From the NCBI GenBank assembly GCA_964639215.1, contig CAZXCV010000007.1, forward strand, positions 6,316 to 66,804: a stretch of 60,489 nucleotides of DNA. The letters are read 5' to 3'. The first letter of the stretch is position 1. Every line of letters begins with the position of its first letter. The DNA is from an uncultured Staphylococcaceae bacterium (lineage in GTDB: Bacteria > Bacillota_I > Bacilli_A > RFN20 > CAG-826). The notes under the pieces are model-generated. The model was not told the DNA's origin. It saw only the letters and a list, made by a program, of their open reading frames with translations, and ran no database searches. Position numbers and translations under genes: made by a program. Below, in pieces: positions 19,095 through 29,410 of this stretch.

Positions 19095-19098
19095 GTTT

Positions 19099-20209
19099 TT
19101 AAGCACTCCCATGTTTCTTGGCCTCGCTTTCTAAATAACTGTACATAAATTTATCAAGGTGTCCGTCCATCACTTTATGAACATCGCCTTCTTGATAGTC
19201 GGTCCGATGATCTTTGACCATGGTATAGGGACAAAAGACGTATGAACGAATTTGACTTCCCCATTCAATTGTCTTTTGCTCACCGACGATTTTATTCATC
19301 GTCGCTTGTTTTTCTTGCGTTTTTAGTTCATAAAGTTTCGCCTTTAACAAATTAAGGGCAAGCGTCCGATTTTGAAGTTGCGTTCGCGCAGATTGGCTTG
19401 AAGTGACGATGCCTGTTGGAATGTGGGTGATTCTAACAGCCGTTTCAACTTTGTTGACATTTTGGCCGCCGGCGCCACCGCTACGATATGTATCGACTTT
19501 GATATCTTTATCAGCTATTTCAATATCAATCTCATCATTAAATTCGGGAATAACGTTAACCGAGGCAAATGAAGTATGGCGGCGACCATTCGCGTCAAAG
19601 GGCGAAATGCGCACCAAGCGATGGACCCCTTTCTCGCTTTTAAGAAGACCGTAGGCATGATGACCTCTGATGATCATCGTCACGCTTTTTAGCCCGGCTT
19701 CATCACCCGGAATATAATCGAGCACTTCCATCTCAAATTGCTTTTCTTCAGCCCATCGGACATACATCCGATAAAGCATGTCGGCCCAGTCGGTTGATTC
19801 AGTGCCTCCAGCACCTGGATGTATTTCAATAATCGTGTTAAGTGCATCAAATTCATGGGCAAACAGGAGTGTAATCCGCATTTGTTCCACAGCTTCTTTC
19901 AAAGTCAGTAATTCTCTTGCTGCTTCAATAAGTAATGCCGGATCATCTTCGGCGAGGAGCACAAGTTCCTTCAGATCTTTGTAAGTCGTTTGAATATATT
20001 GGGCGCGTTCGAATAAGCGCTCGTTTTCTTTTAAGCGTGAAGTAATCGTTTTGGCTGTTTTGGAATCTGCCCAGAAATCATCAGCTTCCATTAAGTGATG
20101 ATCAGTTTTTATGGCGTTGGCGAGTCGATCCAGGTCAAAGTGAATCACTGACTTGCTGCACGAGTGGCGCTAAGTCATTTAACTCCGTTTTTATCGCAAG
20201 ATATTCCAT
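19099..20209 (-). CDS. prfB: peptide chain release factor 2, expressed via programmed +1 frameshift
   Basis: Frame 0 encodes [24 protein letters not shown] and then CTT TGA C. The +1 frame continues [10 protein letters not shown]... through the SPF tripeptide (ISPFDA) and GGQ (here GGQNVNK). Confidence 0.95.
20134..20140 (-). promoter_or_regulatory. prfB +1 programmed ribosomal frameshift site (CTT TGA C)
   Basis: The coding strand reads TCA CTT TGA CCT, the canonical autoregulatory RF2 recoding heptamer. Confidence 0.9.
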
Positions 20210-22615
20210 TTAGGCGTCTCCTTTTGGAGTTTCCGTTACTTGATTTTCATCAACTGGCGGGACGCTGTCTTGTTTCCGCACCTCAATTTTAGCATTGAGT
20301 AAGTTTAAAATAACCTCAACGGCAATCGTTTCATTGCATTCTTGGAAAAGACGATAACCCTCATTGACATAATCTTGTAATGGATTCGTGTTCGCATAGC
20401 TACGTAAGTGAATACCTTCACGCAAATGCTCCATCGTATCAATGTGCTTCGTCCAGTTGCGGTCAATTGAACGCAGTGAAATTTGCCGCTCAATTTGGTT
20501 GGAAACTTCAGATGGCCATTCATTTCGGCGTTTCTTATAATTGTTAATCATTAATAGTGACAAATCCTCAGCCACTTCTTCAAGTGGTGATTCTTCGTAG
20601 GCTGCTGGCTTAATTGTCCCTTCAGGCAAAAAGCGTGGTTCCACTTCTTTTTTTAGCAATTGGCCATGGACCGTACGACTCCGATCATCTGGTTCGATCG
20701 CTTTATTAGCTAAAAACGACCCCGCTAAATCAAAGAAATCTTGGATTAAATAATTAATTTCTGACGCGTACAAAATATCATCGCGCTTCTTATAAGTGAT
20801 TGAACGTTGTTTTGCCAAGACATCATCGTATTCAAGGAGGTTTTTCCGAGCATCGAAGTTTTGTCCTTCAATTCGTTTTTGTGCTGAAGTTATTGATTTC
20901 ATAACTAAGGTATTTTCAATTGCTTCATCGCCAAGTTTGGCAAAAATATTGCGTAGACCATCACTTCCAAAGCGAATCATCAATTCATCATCTAGACTCA
21001 CATAAAAACGAGAGTAACCAGGATCGCCTTGACGACCGCTACGACCACGAAGTTGGTTGTCAATTCGGCGTGATTCATGACGCTCCGTGCCAAACACGCA
21101 TAATCCGCCAATTTTTTTAATTTCGTCATTGATTTTTATATCGGTTCCACGGCCAGCCATATTGGTGGCAAGCGTAATCATGCCTTTTTCGCCCGCATGT
21201 TTAATGATGTCGGCTTCGCGGGCGTGATTTTTCGCGTTTAAGAGTTCGTGCTTCAAACCTTCTTTTGTTAAAATCGCGCTTAATTCCTCAGACGCTTCCA
21301 CTGATGGTGTCCCAATGAGGATTGGTTGTCCGATTTGATGCCGTTCTTTAAGCTCGTTAATAAGCGCTTTTAATTTAGCCTGTTTATTTGCATAAACGAG
21401 ATCGACGGCATCGTTACGAGCAATTGGACGATTAGTCGGAATCACGATGACGCGCATGTTATAGATTTTACGGAATTCTTCTTCTTCGGTTTTCGCGGTG
21501 CCGGTCATTCCCGACAATTTTTTATACAGTCGGAAGAAATTTTGATAAGTGATTGTCGCTAAAGTAATCGTCTCCTGCTTGATTTCGACGCTTTCTTTTG
21601 CTTGGATTGCTTGATGAAGGCCATCGCTATATTCACGGCCTTTTAAAATGCGACCTGTAAATTGGTCAATCAGCTGAATCGCGCGATCAGCATCAACCAT
21701 GTATTCAACATCACGCATCATAATATAGTTTGCTTTGAGCGCTTGATGAATCCGGTGCACCAAATCGGCGTATTGTGGATCATATAAATTTTTGACCCCA
21801 AACATCCGCTCAGCCATGTTGTTTCCTTCATCAGTTAAGTTGCATGTTTTTGTTTTAATATCGACGGTAAAATGCTTTTCACGTCTGAGTGTCTTCACAA
21901 AACGATCGGCAATATTGTATTGACTTGCCGTGGCTTTCGCACCACCAGATATAATTAATGGTGTGCGTGATTCATCAATGAGAATCGAGTCGGCTTCATC
22001 GATAATCGCATATTCAAGACCACGCAAGACGCGATCAGGGACGCGGCTTGCCATATTGTCGCGAAGATAATCAAATCCAACTTCTGAATTTGTCGTGTAA
22101 GTAATATCGCATAAATATGCCGCTTGTTTTTCACTCGTTGTTTTTTCACGTAAATTAACACCGACTGTCAAGCCCAAGAAACGATAAATTTGACCCATCC
22201 ACTCAGCATCACGACTCGCTAGGTATTCGTTAACCGTTACGACATGAACGCCTTTTCCTTGCAATGCATTCAGGTAGACCGCCATCGTTGCTGTTAACGT
22301 CTTGCCTTCACCAGTTTTCATTTCCGCAACATCGCCTTCGTGTAAGGCTAATGCGCCTATAACTTGTACTTTAAATGGAAATTCTCCAAGTGTTCGCTTG
22401 GCTGCTTCGCGACTCACGGCAAACGCTTCGTACTTAATATCACTCAGTGTTTTACCATTCGCTAACAGCTCACGAAAATATGGTGTTTTCGCCTTTAATT
22501 CTTCGTCGCTCAAAGTGGCCATCTGCGCTTCATACGCTAGTACTTGCATGGCTTCTTTTTCTAATTTCTTCAAGGCACGGGCATCAATCCGTAACAATTT
22601 ATCTAAAAATCCCAA
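20210..22615 (-). CDS. secA: preprotein translocase ATPase SecA
   Basis: 801 aa with the DEAD-like motor (MKTGEGKTL, DEADSILIDE) and preprotein cross-linking and helical scaffold domains. Its TAA stop abuts the prfB ATG. Confidence 0.95.
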   Translation of the reverse strand: MGFLDKLLRIDARALKKLEKEAMQVLAYEAQMATLSDEELKAKTPYFRELLANGKTLSDIKYEAFAVSREAAKRTLGEFPFKVQVIGALALHEGDVAEMKTGEGKTLTATMAVYLNALQGKGVHVVTVNEYLASRDAEWMGQIYRFLGLTVGVNLREKTTSEKQAAYLCDITYTTNSEVGFDYLRDNMASRVPDRVLRGLEYAIIDEADSILIDESRTPLIISGGAKATASQYNIADRFVKTLRREKHFTVDIKTKTCNLTDEGNNMAERMFGVKNLYDPQYADLVHRIHQALKANYIMMRDVEYMVDADRAIQLIDQFTGRILKGREYSDGLHQAIQAKESVEIKQETITLATITYQNFFRLYKKLSGMTGTAKTEEEEFRKIYNMRVIVIPTNRPIARNDAVDLVYANKQAKLKALINELKERHQIGQPILIGTPSVEASEELSAILTKEGLKHELLNAKNHAREADIIKHAGEKGMITLATNMAGRGTDIKINDEIKKIGGLCVFGTERHESRRIDNQLRGRSGRQGDPGYSRFYVSLDDELMIRFGSDGLRNIFAKLGDEAIENTLVMKSITSAQKRIEGQNFDARKNLLEYDDVLAKQRSITYKKRDDILYASEINYLIQDFFDLAGSFLANKAIEPDDRSRTVHGQLLKKEVEPRFLPEGTIKPAAYEESPLEEVAEDLSLLMINNYKKRRNEWPSEVSNQIERQISLRSIDRNWTKHIDTMEHLREGIHLRSYANTNPLQDYVNEGYRLFQECNETIAVEVILNLLNAKIEVRKQDSVPPVDENQVTETPKGDA

Positions 22616-22695
22616 TGTCCGGTCCCCCTTTCAAATCCAATTGTATATTTTATCTTATAAAATAACTTATTCCAATTGATTACTTACTATTGTCG

Positions 22696-23316
22696 TTATT
22701 TTATCGTCGTTTTTGTCTTTGACATCACGAGTATTTTTACTTCTTTAACATCGGCTTTCTTCACTAACTCATAAGCTTGCTTCATCGAAGTTCCCGATGT
22801 ATAAACATCATCAACTAAGAGAATGCGCTTATTTATCAATAATTGTGGTTGTTCGAGTGCAAATAAATTTTTGATGTTGTGCCGCTCTTGAAACGGTATC
22901 ATCGCTTGTTTATGGGGCACGATTTTTCGGAGTGCTAAAATCATTGGTAGTCGTAAGAACGAGAAGATTGTCTCGACATGATTAAAACCTCGCTTATTAT
23001 CATCCTCGTACCAACTAGGAATCGGGACGATGTGAAACCCACGATATTTTATGTGTAACCATATTTTGATGCGATCGAAAAAAATACCGGCAAGTTCGAC
23101 ATCACCACATCCTTTCAGTAAATATAGTTTTTCCTTGATGTAGTCATCATAGTCATAGATTGCGAATGCCGAAACACCCTCGACATTGAACTGCTGATAC
23201 TTTGGGCTTAACGCCCGATAACAGCGATCACATAATGCGACATTTTTTAAAAATAAAGTGGTAAAACTTTGAACAGTGATTGGTTTAAAACACACTTTAC
23301 AAATGTTGGTTGGCAT
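22696..23316 (-). CDS. comFC: ComF-family phosphoribosyltransferase-like protein (ComFC)
   Basis: It has an N-terminal Cys4 motif (CKVC...CDRC) and a C-terminal PRTase motif ILLVDDVYTSGTS. It overlaps comFA. Confidence 0.75.
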   Translation of the reverse strand: MPTNICKVCFKPITVQSFTTLFLKNVALCDRCYRALSPKYQQFNVEGVSAFAIYDYDDYIKEKLYLLKGCGDVELAGIFFDRIKIWLHIKYRGFHIVPIPSWYEDDNKRGFNHVETIFSFLRLPMILALRKIVPHKQAMIPFQERHNIKNLFALEQPQLLINKRILLVDDVYTSGTSMKQAYELVKKADVKEVKILVMSKTKTTIK

Positions 23317-24445
23317 AAGATATTTCTCTAATTGCTTCCTTCATTTCATTAGTAGATCGAATGGCAAGAAAGACGACATCGCCAGTTGGAGCTTCACTTT
23401 TACGCCCGACACGCCCTGCCATTTGTAGTAACGTACCACGATCAAATAATGAATGATGGGCATCATATATTAATACTTGTAGATTCGTTAAAGTGATACC
23501 TCGTTCCAGCACGGATGTGCTTACTAAATATCGATATTTTCTCTTTCTAAAATCATTAATAATGGTTTCGCGATCTTTACATTTTGAGTGAACGAGTGCG
23601 CCACCATTACAAAAACACTTGAGCCAGCGAAATAAGGATTCGCCACTCTGGATTGTCGGAACAAACACAATGATTGGCCGTTCCTTTTTGATGTGTAGCT
23701 TGATGAAATCAAGTGTATAGTCAATTTTAAACATAAAATGACGCTTAACAATCCGTGGAATCGGTAAAGGATGACGGTGATATCGAGTCCAAAGATGTAA
23801 AATCTTGTGACCAGTCGTTTGAAACCTCCGCATCATGGTGGATGTTGGAGTCGCCGTTAAAGCCACAAGTGGTCCCCGTCTACTTCGAGTTGCTAAAGCC
23901 ATGAGCACTTCGTTGTCTTTAAATGGAAAAGCGTCAAATTCATCGATGATTAATAAATCAAATGTTTGTTCATATCGATAAATTTGATGGGTTGTTAAAA
24001 TGATGAGATCACCGGCTAATTTATCGTGATGGCCACCATACACGGCAATCACATTTATATGTGGGAACGCTTGCTCGAAGCGTTTTGTCAATTCAATCAC
24101 GACATCACGCCGGGGAATCGCAAATCCAATCTGGGCTTTTTTCATTAATGCATGCTGAATCAGTGGAAAAACAATTTCGGTTTTTCCTGCTCCAGTTACA
24201 GCATGGATGAGTACATTCTGTTTTTGCTCGTATGCTTCAATTAACGCTTGTCCTAAACGTTGTTGCTCTTCGCTTAAGTGATACGTGAGTTCGAGCGTCG
24301 GGTCTATGTTATCGTCGATGGTATCAACGACAGCATCAGCACCAGAAAAAATAATGCACGCACGACAGTAGGGTACATGATTGAGATAGCCAATTTTTTC
24401 AAATGTGCGATTACCACAACGTGGACAAACATATTGGGTGCCCAT
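23297..24445 (-). CDS. comFA: ComFA-like DEAD/DEAH-box helicase
   Basis: It has an N-terminal Zn-ribbon (CPRCGN...CRAC), Walker A TGAGKTE, a DEFD box and helicase C motifs. Confidence 0.8.
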   Translation of the reverse strand: MGTQYVCPRCGNRTFEKIGYLNHVPYCRACIIFSGADAVVDTIDDNIDPTLELTYHLSEEQQRLGQALIEAYEQKQNVLIHAVTGAGKTEIVFPLIQHALMKKAQIGFAIPRRDVVIELTKRFEQAFPHINVIAVYGGHHDKLAGDLIILTTHQIYRYEQTFDLLIIDEFDAFPFKDNEVLMALATRSRRGPLVALTATPTSTMMRRFQTTGHKILHLWTRYHRHPLPIPRIVKRHFMFKIDYTLDFIKLHIKKERPIIVFVPTIQSGESLFRWLKCFCNGGALVHSKCKDRETIINDFRKRKYRYLVSTSVLERGITLTNLQVLIYDAHHSLFDRGTLLQMAGRVGRKSEAPTGDVVFLAIRSTNEMKEAIREISYANQHL

Positions 24446-24480
24446 ACTTAGTAATAGTCACCCTGAATCGCGTTTAGAGT

Positions 24481-24930
24481 TTATTTATAAATCTGATCTT
24501 CATAAGCTTTGATGATATCGACGCGGGTCGCATGACGTCCGCCATCAAAGGGAGTCGCTAGGAAGATATCGACACGGCGCAATACATCTTCAAGCGCCAT
24601 AAAATGGGCGCCAAACGAGAGCATGTTCGCATTGTTGTCTTTACGGGTTAGTGCAACAACAGTGTCGTCATATCCAACGCCGCAGCGAACACCTTTAACT
24701 TTATTAGCGGCAATGGAAATGCCAATTCCCGAATTACAAATGACAAAACCAAACATCGCTTCGCCACAACTGATTTTTTCACCAGCGCCAATCGCAAAAT
24801 TTGGATAGTGCGTTGATTCGAAACTATTGGTGCCGACATCAATCACATGGTGTCCCTTGGCTTCAAGATGTTTGATAATCGCGGCTTTATAAGTGAAGCC
24901 ACCATGATCACTTCCAACAACGATATTCAT
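24481..24930 (-). CDS. rpiB: ribose-5-phosphate isomerase B
   Basis: 149 aa, RpiB/LacAB family (GSDHGG, ICNSGIGISIAANK). Confidence 0.9.
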   Translation of the reverse strand: MNIVVGSDHGGFTYKAAIIKHLEAKGHHVIDVGTNSFESTHYPNFAIGAGEKISCGEAMFGFVICNSGIGISIAANKVKGVRCGVGYDDTVVALTRKDNNANMLSFGAHFMALEDVLRRVDIFLATPFDGGRHATRVDIIKAYEDQIYK

Positions 24931-25547
24931 ACGTGCTCCTTTTTAATAAGTTTGATTTGCTCTAGGGTAATCATCCCTTGACGAATCAATTTAATATTAT
25001 CATCTTGATCAATCTCAATCACCGTTGAAGGTGTCCCCGATGTGACATTACCAAAAACAAGCGCATCAATCTCACCATCAAAGACCGCGAGCACTTCATC
25101 TGGCGTCAGTGCCGGTGGTTGCTCGGCTTTGTTGGCACTTGGTACGAGTAGAGGCTTTCCAACTTTCATGATTAACGATTGAATCGTTTGGAGATTCGAT
25201 ACACGAATTCCAACTTTACCAGTATTTAGATGGACCCAAACCGGCATTTTTTTAACAACTGGCAAAATAATCGTTAATGGTCCTGGTAAAAATGTATCGA
25301 GGATTGCTCTTGTCACATCACTAACATAAGCAAAATGTTCAATATCGTCAACCGCTGCACACATGAGTGTGAATGGTTTATCTGGACGTCGGTTTTTGAC
25401 GGACACTAAGCGATTAAACGCTTGTTCATCGTCATAGACAACTCCAAGACCAAACACCGTCTCCGTTGGAAAAGCTACAAGACCACCTTGTCTTAATATT
25501 TCGGCAGCTTGATCGAGGTTAATATATGTTAATGATCGTGTTTTCAT
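24927..25547 (-). CDS. tsaC: L-threonylcarbamoyladenylate synthase (Sua5/YwlC/TsaC family, short form)
   Basis: It has YrdC-domain motifs (FPTETVFGLG, KNRRPDKPF, SAN). Confidence 0.85.
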   Translation of the reverse strand: MKTRSLTYINLDQAAEILRQGGLVAFPTETVFGLGVVYDDEQAFNRLVSVKNRRPDKPFTLMCAAVDDIEHFAYVSDVTRAILDTFLPGPLTIILPVVKKMPVWVHLNTGKVGIRVSNLQTIQSLIMKVGKPLLVPSANKAEQPPALTPDEVLAVFDGEIDALVFGNVTSGTPSTVIEIDQDDNIKLIRQGMITLEQIKLIKKEHV

Positions 25548-25548
25548 A

Positions 25549-26367
25549 TTATAACTCCACGGTAATGAAGCGATTTTTCCCTTGCAAATCCCTGCTTATT
25601 TTAATTTTAGCATCTTTAAAGTAGCTCGATGCAATTGCCTTAACTTGTTGGTCTTGTTCCTCATCAATTTCAAGTATGATCACACCGTGGGGGTTAATGA
25701 TGCGTGATGCCATACTTAGAATATGCTGATGATTACTAATGCCATCTAATGCAAATAACGCTGAGTGTGGTTCGTGTTGAAGCACATTTGATGCAACGGT
25801 TTTCGATGAGGCAATGTAAGGTGGGTTGGCGATAATAGCATCGACATTGATTTGTCGACGCTCGAATGGTTCAAGCCAATTGCCCTCCAAAAAGATGATA
25901 TCAGTCCCATGGAACTTAGCATTCTTTTTTGCGACTTCAAGTGCAGTTTGTGAAATATCACTCGCATAGACAATCATGTGTGGATAACGTTTTTTTATTG
26001 CGATTGCGAGACATCCTGATCCTGTACCTAAATCAGCAATAACCTTAATTTGACGATGCTTCATCGATGCGATTAACTCATCAATCAACTGCTCAGTTTC
26101 AGGACGAGGAATCAGGACGGCTTCATCGACATAAAGTTCTAAATCGAGAAAATACGCCTTATTCAATAAATACTGAATTGGCATTCCATCAAGATGTTTC
26201 AAGATGAGCATCTCAAAATCAGCAAGATGTTGCATTGGTTCATGCATGTGAAGAAATAATTCATTGGTGTCTTGATATTTTAAAACGTGGGCCATGAGTA
26301 TTTGGATGGCTTTCGTTTCAACTTGATAATTATTAATCGTTTTGGCGTACACTTGGCCAATCGTCAT
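25549..26367 (-). CDS. prmC: release-factor glutamine N5-methyltransferase
   Basis: It has the SAM motif DLGTGSGCLA and the catalytic NPPY (IANPPYI). It lies directly downstream of prfA. Confidence 0.9.
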   Translation of the reverse strand: MTIGQVYAKTINNYQVETKAIQILMAHVLKYQDTNELFLHMHEPMQHLADFEMLILKHLDGMPIQYLLNKAYFLDLELYVDEAVLIPRPETEQLIDELIASMKHRQIKVIADLGTGSGCLAIAIKKRYPHMIVYASDISQTALEVAKKNAKFHGTDIIFLEGNWLEPFERRQINVDAIIANPPYIASSKTVASNVLQHEPHSALFALDGISNHQHILSMASRIINPHGVIILEIDEEQDQQVKAIASSYFKDAKIKISRDLQGKNRFITVEL

Positions 26368-27443
26368 TTAAGAATTTCCTAATAATTTTTGCTCTTGATC
26401 ATAATTAACAAGTGCATCGATCACTTCGTCAAGTAAGCCTTCCATCACACGATCGAGCTTTTGGATTGTAAATCCAATGCGATGGTCGGTTACACGATTT
26501 TGTGGATAATTATATGTGCGAATTTTTTCAGAGCGTTCACCGGTTCCGACTTTTAATTTTCGTTCACTGCCGATTTTTTCGTCTTGCTCGGCTTGTTTTT
26601 GGGCTTGAATTTTCGCCCGTAACATTTTCATGGCCAGTTCGCGATTTTGCATTTGTGACTTTTCAACTTGGCAATAAACGGTGACTCCGGTTGGAATATG
26701 AGAAATACGAACAGCGGATTCAACTTTGTTGACATTTGACCACCCGCTCCTTGAGAACGGAATGTATCGATTTCAAGATCGGCGGGGTTAATTTGAATAT
26801 CGACTTCTTCAACTTCTGGCATAACTAGTACCGTTGCTGTCGATGTATGAATACGTCCTGATGCTTCTGTCTTTGGCACGCGTTGGACGCGATGGGCACC
26901 ACTTTCAAATTTCATTTTTGAATACACCTGGTCACCTTTGATCATGAATGAGACCAAACTAAAACCACCAGCTTCAGATGGAGAACCATCAAGCATTTGT
27001 ATTTTCCAACCATTACTTTCGGCATATTTGGTATACATGCGAAAGAGATCGCCCGCAAAAATGTTGGCTTCATCGCCACCAGCTGCGCCACGAATTTCGA
27101 TAACGATATTTTTATCGTCATTAGGGTCTTTGGGAATTAATGAAAACTTTATTTTTTCAAGCAATTCATCAAGTTTGGTACTCAAAGATCGTACTTCTTC
27201 CTTACCGAGTTGGGCAATATCAGGATCAGTGTCATCTTTCATGATAAGCGCATCATCGAGATTGGCTTCTGTTTTGTTATATATCTGGAACAAATCAAGA
27301 ACCGGAACAATTTCGGCGCGCTCTTTCGATAAATCGCGAAATTGACGAAAATCAGCGGTGATATGCTCATCGAGCAGTAACTTATCAATCGTCTCTAAAC
27401 GTTGCTGCATGGCTAAGAGCCGCGCTTTTAATGTATCTTCCAT
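26368..27443 (-). pseudogene. prfA: peptide chain release factor 1, split by a 1-nt frameshift immediately after the GGQ codons
   Basis: The two ORFs (27443..26628 and 26652..26368) together give a full-length RF1 of about 358 aa. The frame is lost at GGT GGT CAA ATG TC (26733-26744). Adding one A restores [20 protein letters not shown]... This may be an assembly error rather than a true pseudogene. Confidence 0.7.
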
Positions 27444-27586
27444 AGTTCCTCAAGTAAATCCAATGTATTTTATCATATCCGAAGGATATTAAAAAGAGTG
27501 ACTTCCTAGCATCTAGACAAAGAACAAAACAGGGTTTTATGTTTCAGAAACACCCCTCATTATGTATAATGATACGTAGGTAATTT

Positions 27587-29410
27587 ATGGCATATAAAGC
27601 ACTCTATCGCACATATCGTCCGTTAACTTTTTTAGAGGTGGCTGGGCAAAAACATATCGTTAAAACTTTGCAAAATGCACTAAAAACTAACAAAGTCGCC
27701 CACGCATACTTATTCACAGGTCCCCGGGGCACTGGTAAAACATCGATGGCCAAATTAATGGCCAAAGCCTTAAACTGTGAAGAAGGCATCGGCCACCAGT
27801 GCAATGTCTGTCCCAATTGCCTCGCCATCAATGATGGTTCGCATCCTGACGTGATTGAAATTGATGCGGCAAGTAACAACGGTGTCGACGAAGTTCGTGA
27901 TTTAATCGACAAAGTCAAATATGCGCCGATTAAAGGCAAATACAAGGTTTATATCATTGATGAAGTGCACATGATGACGAGTGGGGCCTTTAATGCTTTG
28001 TTAAAAACGCTTGAAGAGCCACCGGCACACGTTGTCTTTATCTTAGCAACGACCGAACCTCATAAGGTCATCGCCACAATCGTCAGCCGGTGCCAGCGCT
28101 ATGACTTTGCCAAGGTCAGCGATATTGATATCAAAACACGAATGGTCGAAATTCTCAAACAAGAAAACATATCGTATGAACCTCGCGCCATTGACACGAT
28201 TATCAGTCTCGCTGATGGCGGTGTTCGCGATGCTTTATCGCTTCTCGATCAAGTGATTGCTTATAGTGATGAACAAGTCAATGAAACCGAGATTTATGAA
28301 TTGTTTGGTTTGGCTGGTACACCAGACAAAATTAAATTACTGAAACACGTTGCAAATGGTGAGACGAAACTATTGCTTGAAACACTCCAACAATTCATGG
28401 TTCAAGGCGTCGATATTAAGCGTCTTGTTAGCAATCTCCTCGATATTCTCAAAGACTTACTAATATATTTACAAACTTCAAATCATCGTTTGCTGCAAAC
28501 GCTTACGGCCACTGAAGCCGATGATTTACTCACAATTCTTGATTATGAAGAAGTTCCCGTATATCTTGATGCCTTACTCAAAGCGCAACAAGATTTTCGT
28601 TATGTCGCCTCAATTCGAACACTATTCGAAGTCGTGCTCTTGAAACTTGCGCATAAAGAATCTCCTGTTCCGGTCGAGCCCACCATTAAGCAAGAAATCA
28701 TTAAAAATGAAGCGACACCACCATCGATACCACAAAGAGAATCCCTTCCGGAAATTGAGCCGTCAAACGAACCAGCGCCAGCACCAATTAAAGACGACGA
28801 CATTACTTTTAAGCCAGTTAATGGTAACGGTGAATCGAAAATCAACCACTTTCCAAAAGTGGTGCGCCCCGACACTCAAGAAATTCCAAAAGTGCCCGAA
28901 GAACCTCTAGCTATTTTTGTAGAATTAAAAAAAGAAGTGACGCCACCACCCGAACTGGTGATTGAAGATGCACCCGCAACCGTACTCGCCACAAGTGGTG
29001 ATCACATTACGATTGATGATGATAACATTATCAAAATCATGGTTAGTGGCCTTAAGGACGATAAACTCGCATTGCTTAATCGGTGGGGTGAATTACGCTC
29101 ACTCAGTGTTGATTTAGCAATTGGACGTTTTGCCGCTTTATTAAGTGATGGACGTCCCTTCGTATTATGCAAACAAGTGTTGATTTTGGAATATGATTTA
29201 GCAACACTTGTCGAAAAAGTGAATATTGTTGCTAATCAACCTAGTTTTCAATCGATTATTAAAGCGATGATCAAGCGTCACATCGTCGTCTATGCCTTAA
29301 CGCGGAGCGAATGCTTGCGACTAAAGAAAAAATATTTTGAATTGAATCAAATCAAAAAATTACCCGATCGTAAATCATTGACGATAGAAATCAAAGGTTA
29401 TGACTTATGA
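27587..29410 (+). CDS. dnaX: DNA polymerase III subunit gamma/tau
   Basis: It has Walker A GPRGTGKT, a Zn module CNVCPNC, the SRC motif and a long Pro-rich linker plus a C-terminal domain. Confidence 0.95.
   Translation: MAYKALYRTYRPLTFLEVAGQKHIVKTLQNALKTNKVAHAYLFTGPRGTGKTSMAKLMAKALNCEEGIGHQCNVCPNCLAINDGSHPDVIEIDAASNNGVDEVRDLIDKVKYAPIKGKYKVYIIDEVHMMTSGAFNALLKTLEEPPAHVVFILATTEPHKVIATIVSRCQRYDFAKVSDIDIKTRMVEILKQENISYEPRAIDTIISLADGGVRDALSLLDQVIAYSDEQVNETEIYELFGLAGTPDKIKLLKHVANGETKLLLETLQQFMVQGVDIKRLVSNLLDILKDLLIYLQTSNHRLLQTLTATEADDLLTILDYEEVPVYLDALLKAQQDFRYVASIRTLFEVVLLKLAHKESPVPVEPTIKQEIIKNEATPPSIPQRESLPEIEPSNEPAPAPIKDDDITFKPVNGNGESKINHFPKVVRPDTQEIPKVPEEPLAIFVELKKEVTPPPELVIEDAPATVLATSGDHITIDDDNIIKIMVSGLKDDKLALLNRWGELRSLSVDLAIGRFAALLSDGRPFVLCKQVLILEYDLATLVEKVNIVANQPSFQSIIKAMIKRHIVVYALTRSECLRLKKKYFELNQIKKLPDRKSLTIEIKGYDL

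Noticed and set aside
20135-20137. Mycoplasma-type genetic code 4 (UGA = Trp), given the Mollicute-like flavour of some genes.
   Set aside because: prfB is present and uses an in-frame UGA as the frameshift-stimulating stop. All long ORFs are intact under the standard code.
26938-27345. Long antisense ORFs in the track. Examples are the 135-aa ORF opposite prfA, 10904-11293 and 11502-11861 opposite the M6 protease, 34819-35127 opposite the YfhO-family gene, and 59789-60268 opposite the GGDEF/HD-GYP gene.
   Set aside because: They lie entirely inside well-supported genes on the other strand or in another frame. They lack RBSs and have low-complexity or odd composition. They are shadow ORFs.
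27444-27586. A possible SRP RNA (scRNA/ffs) upstream of dnaX, as in Bacillus.
   Set aside because: The 143-bp gap is AT-rich and lacks the conserved domain IV sequence (GGUCAGGUCCGGAAGGAAGCAGCC-like) or any extended helix. It most likely holds only the divergent prfA and dnaX promoters.
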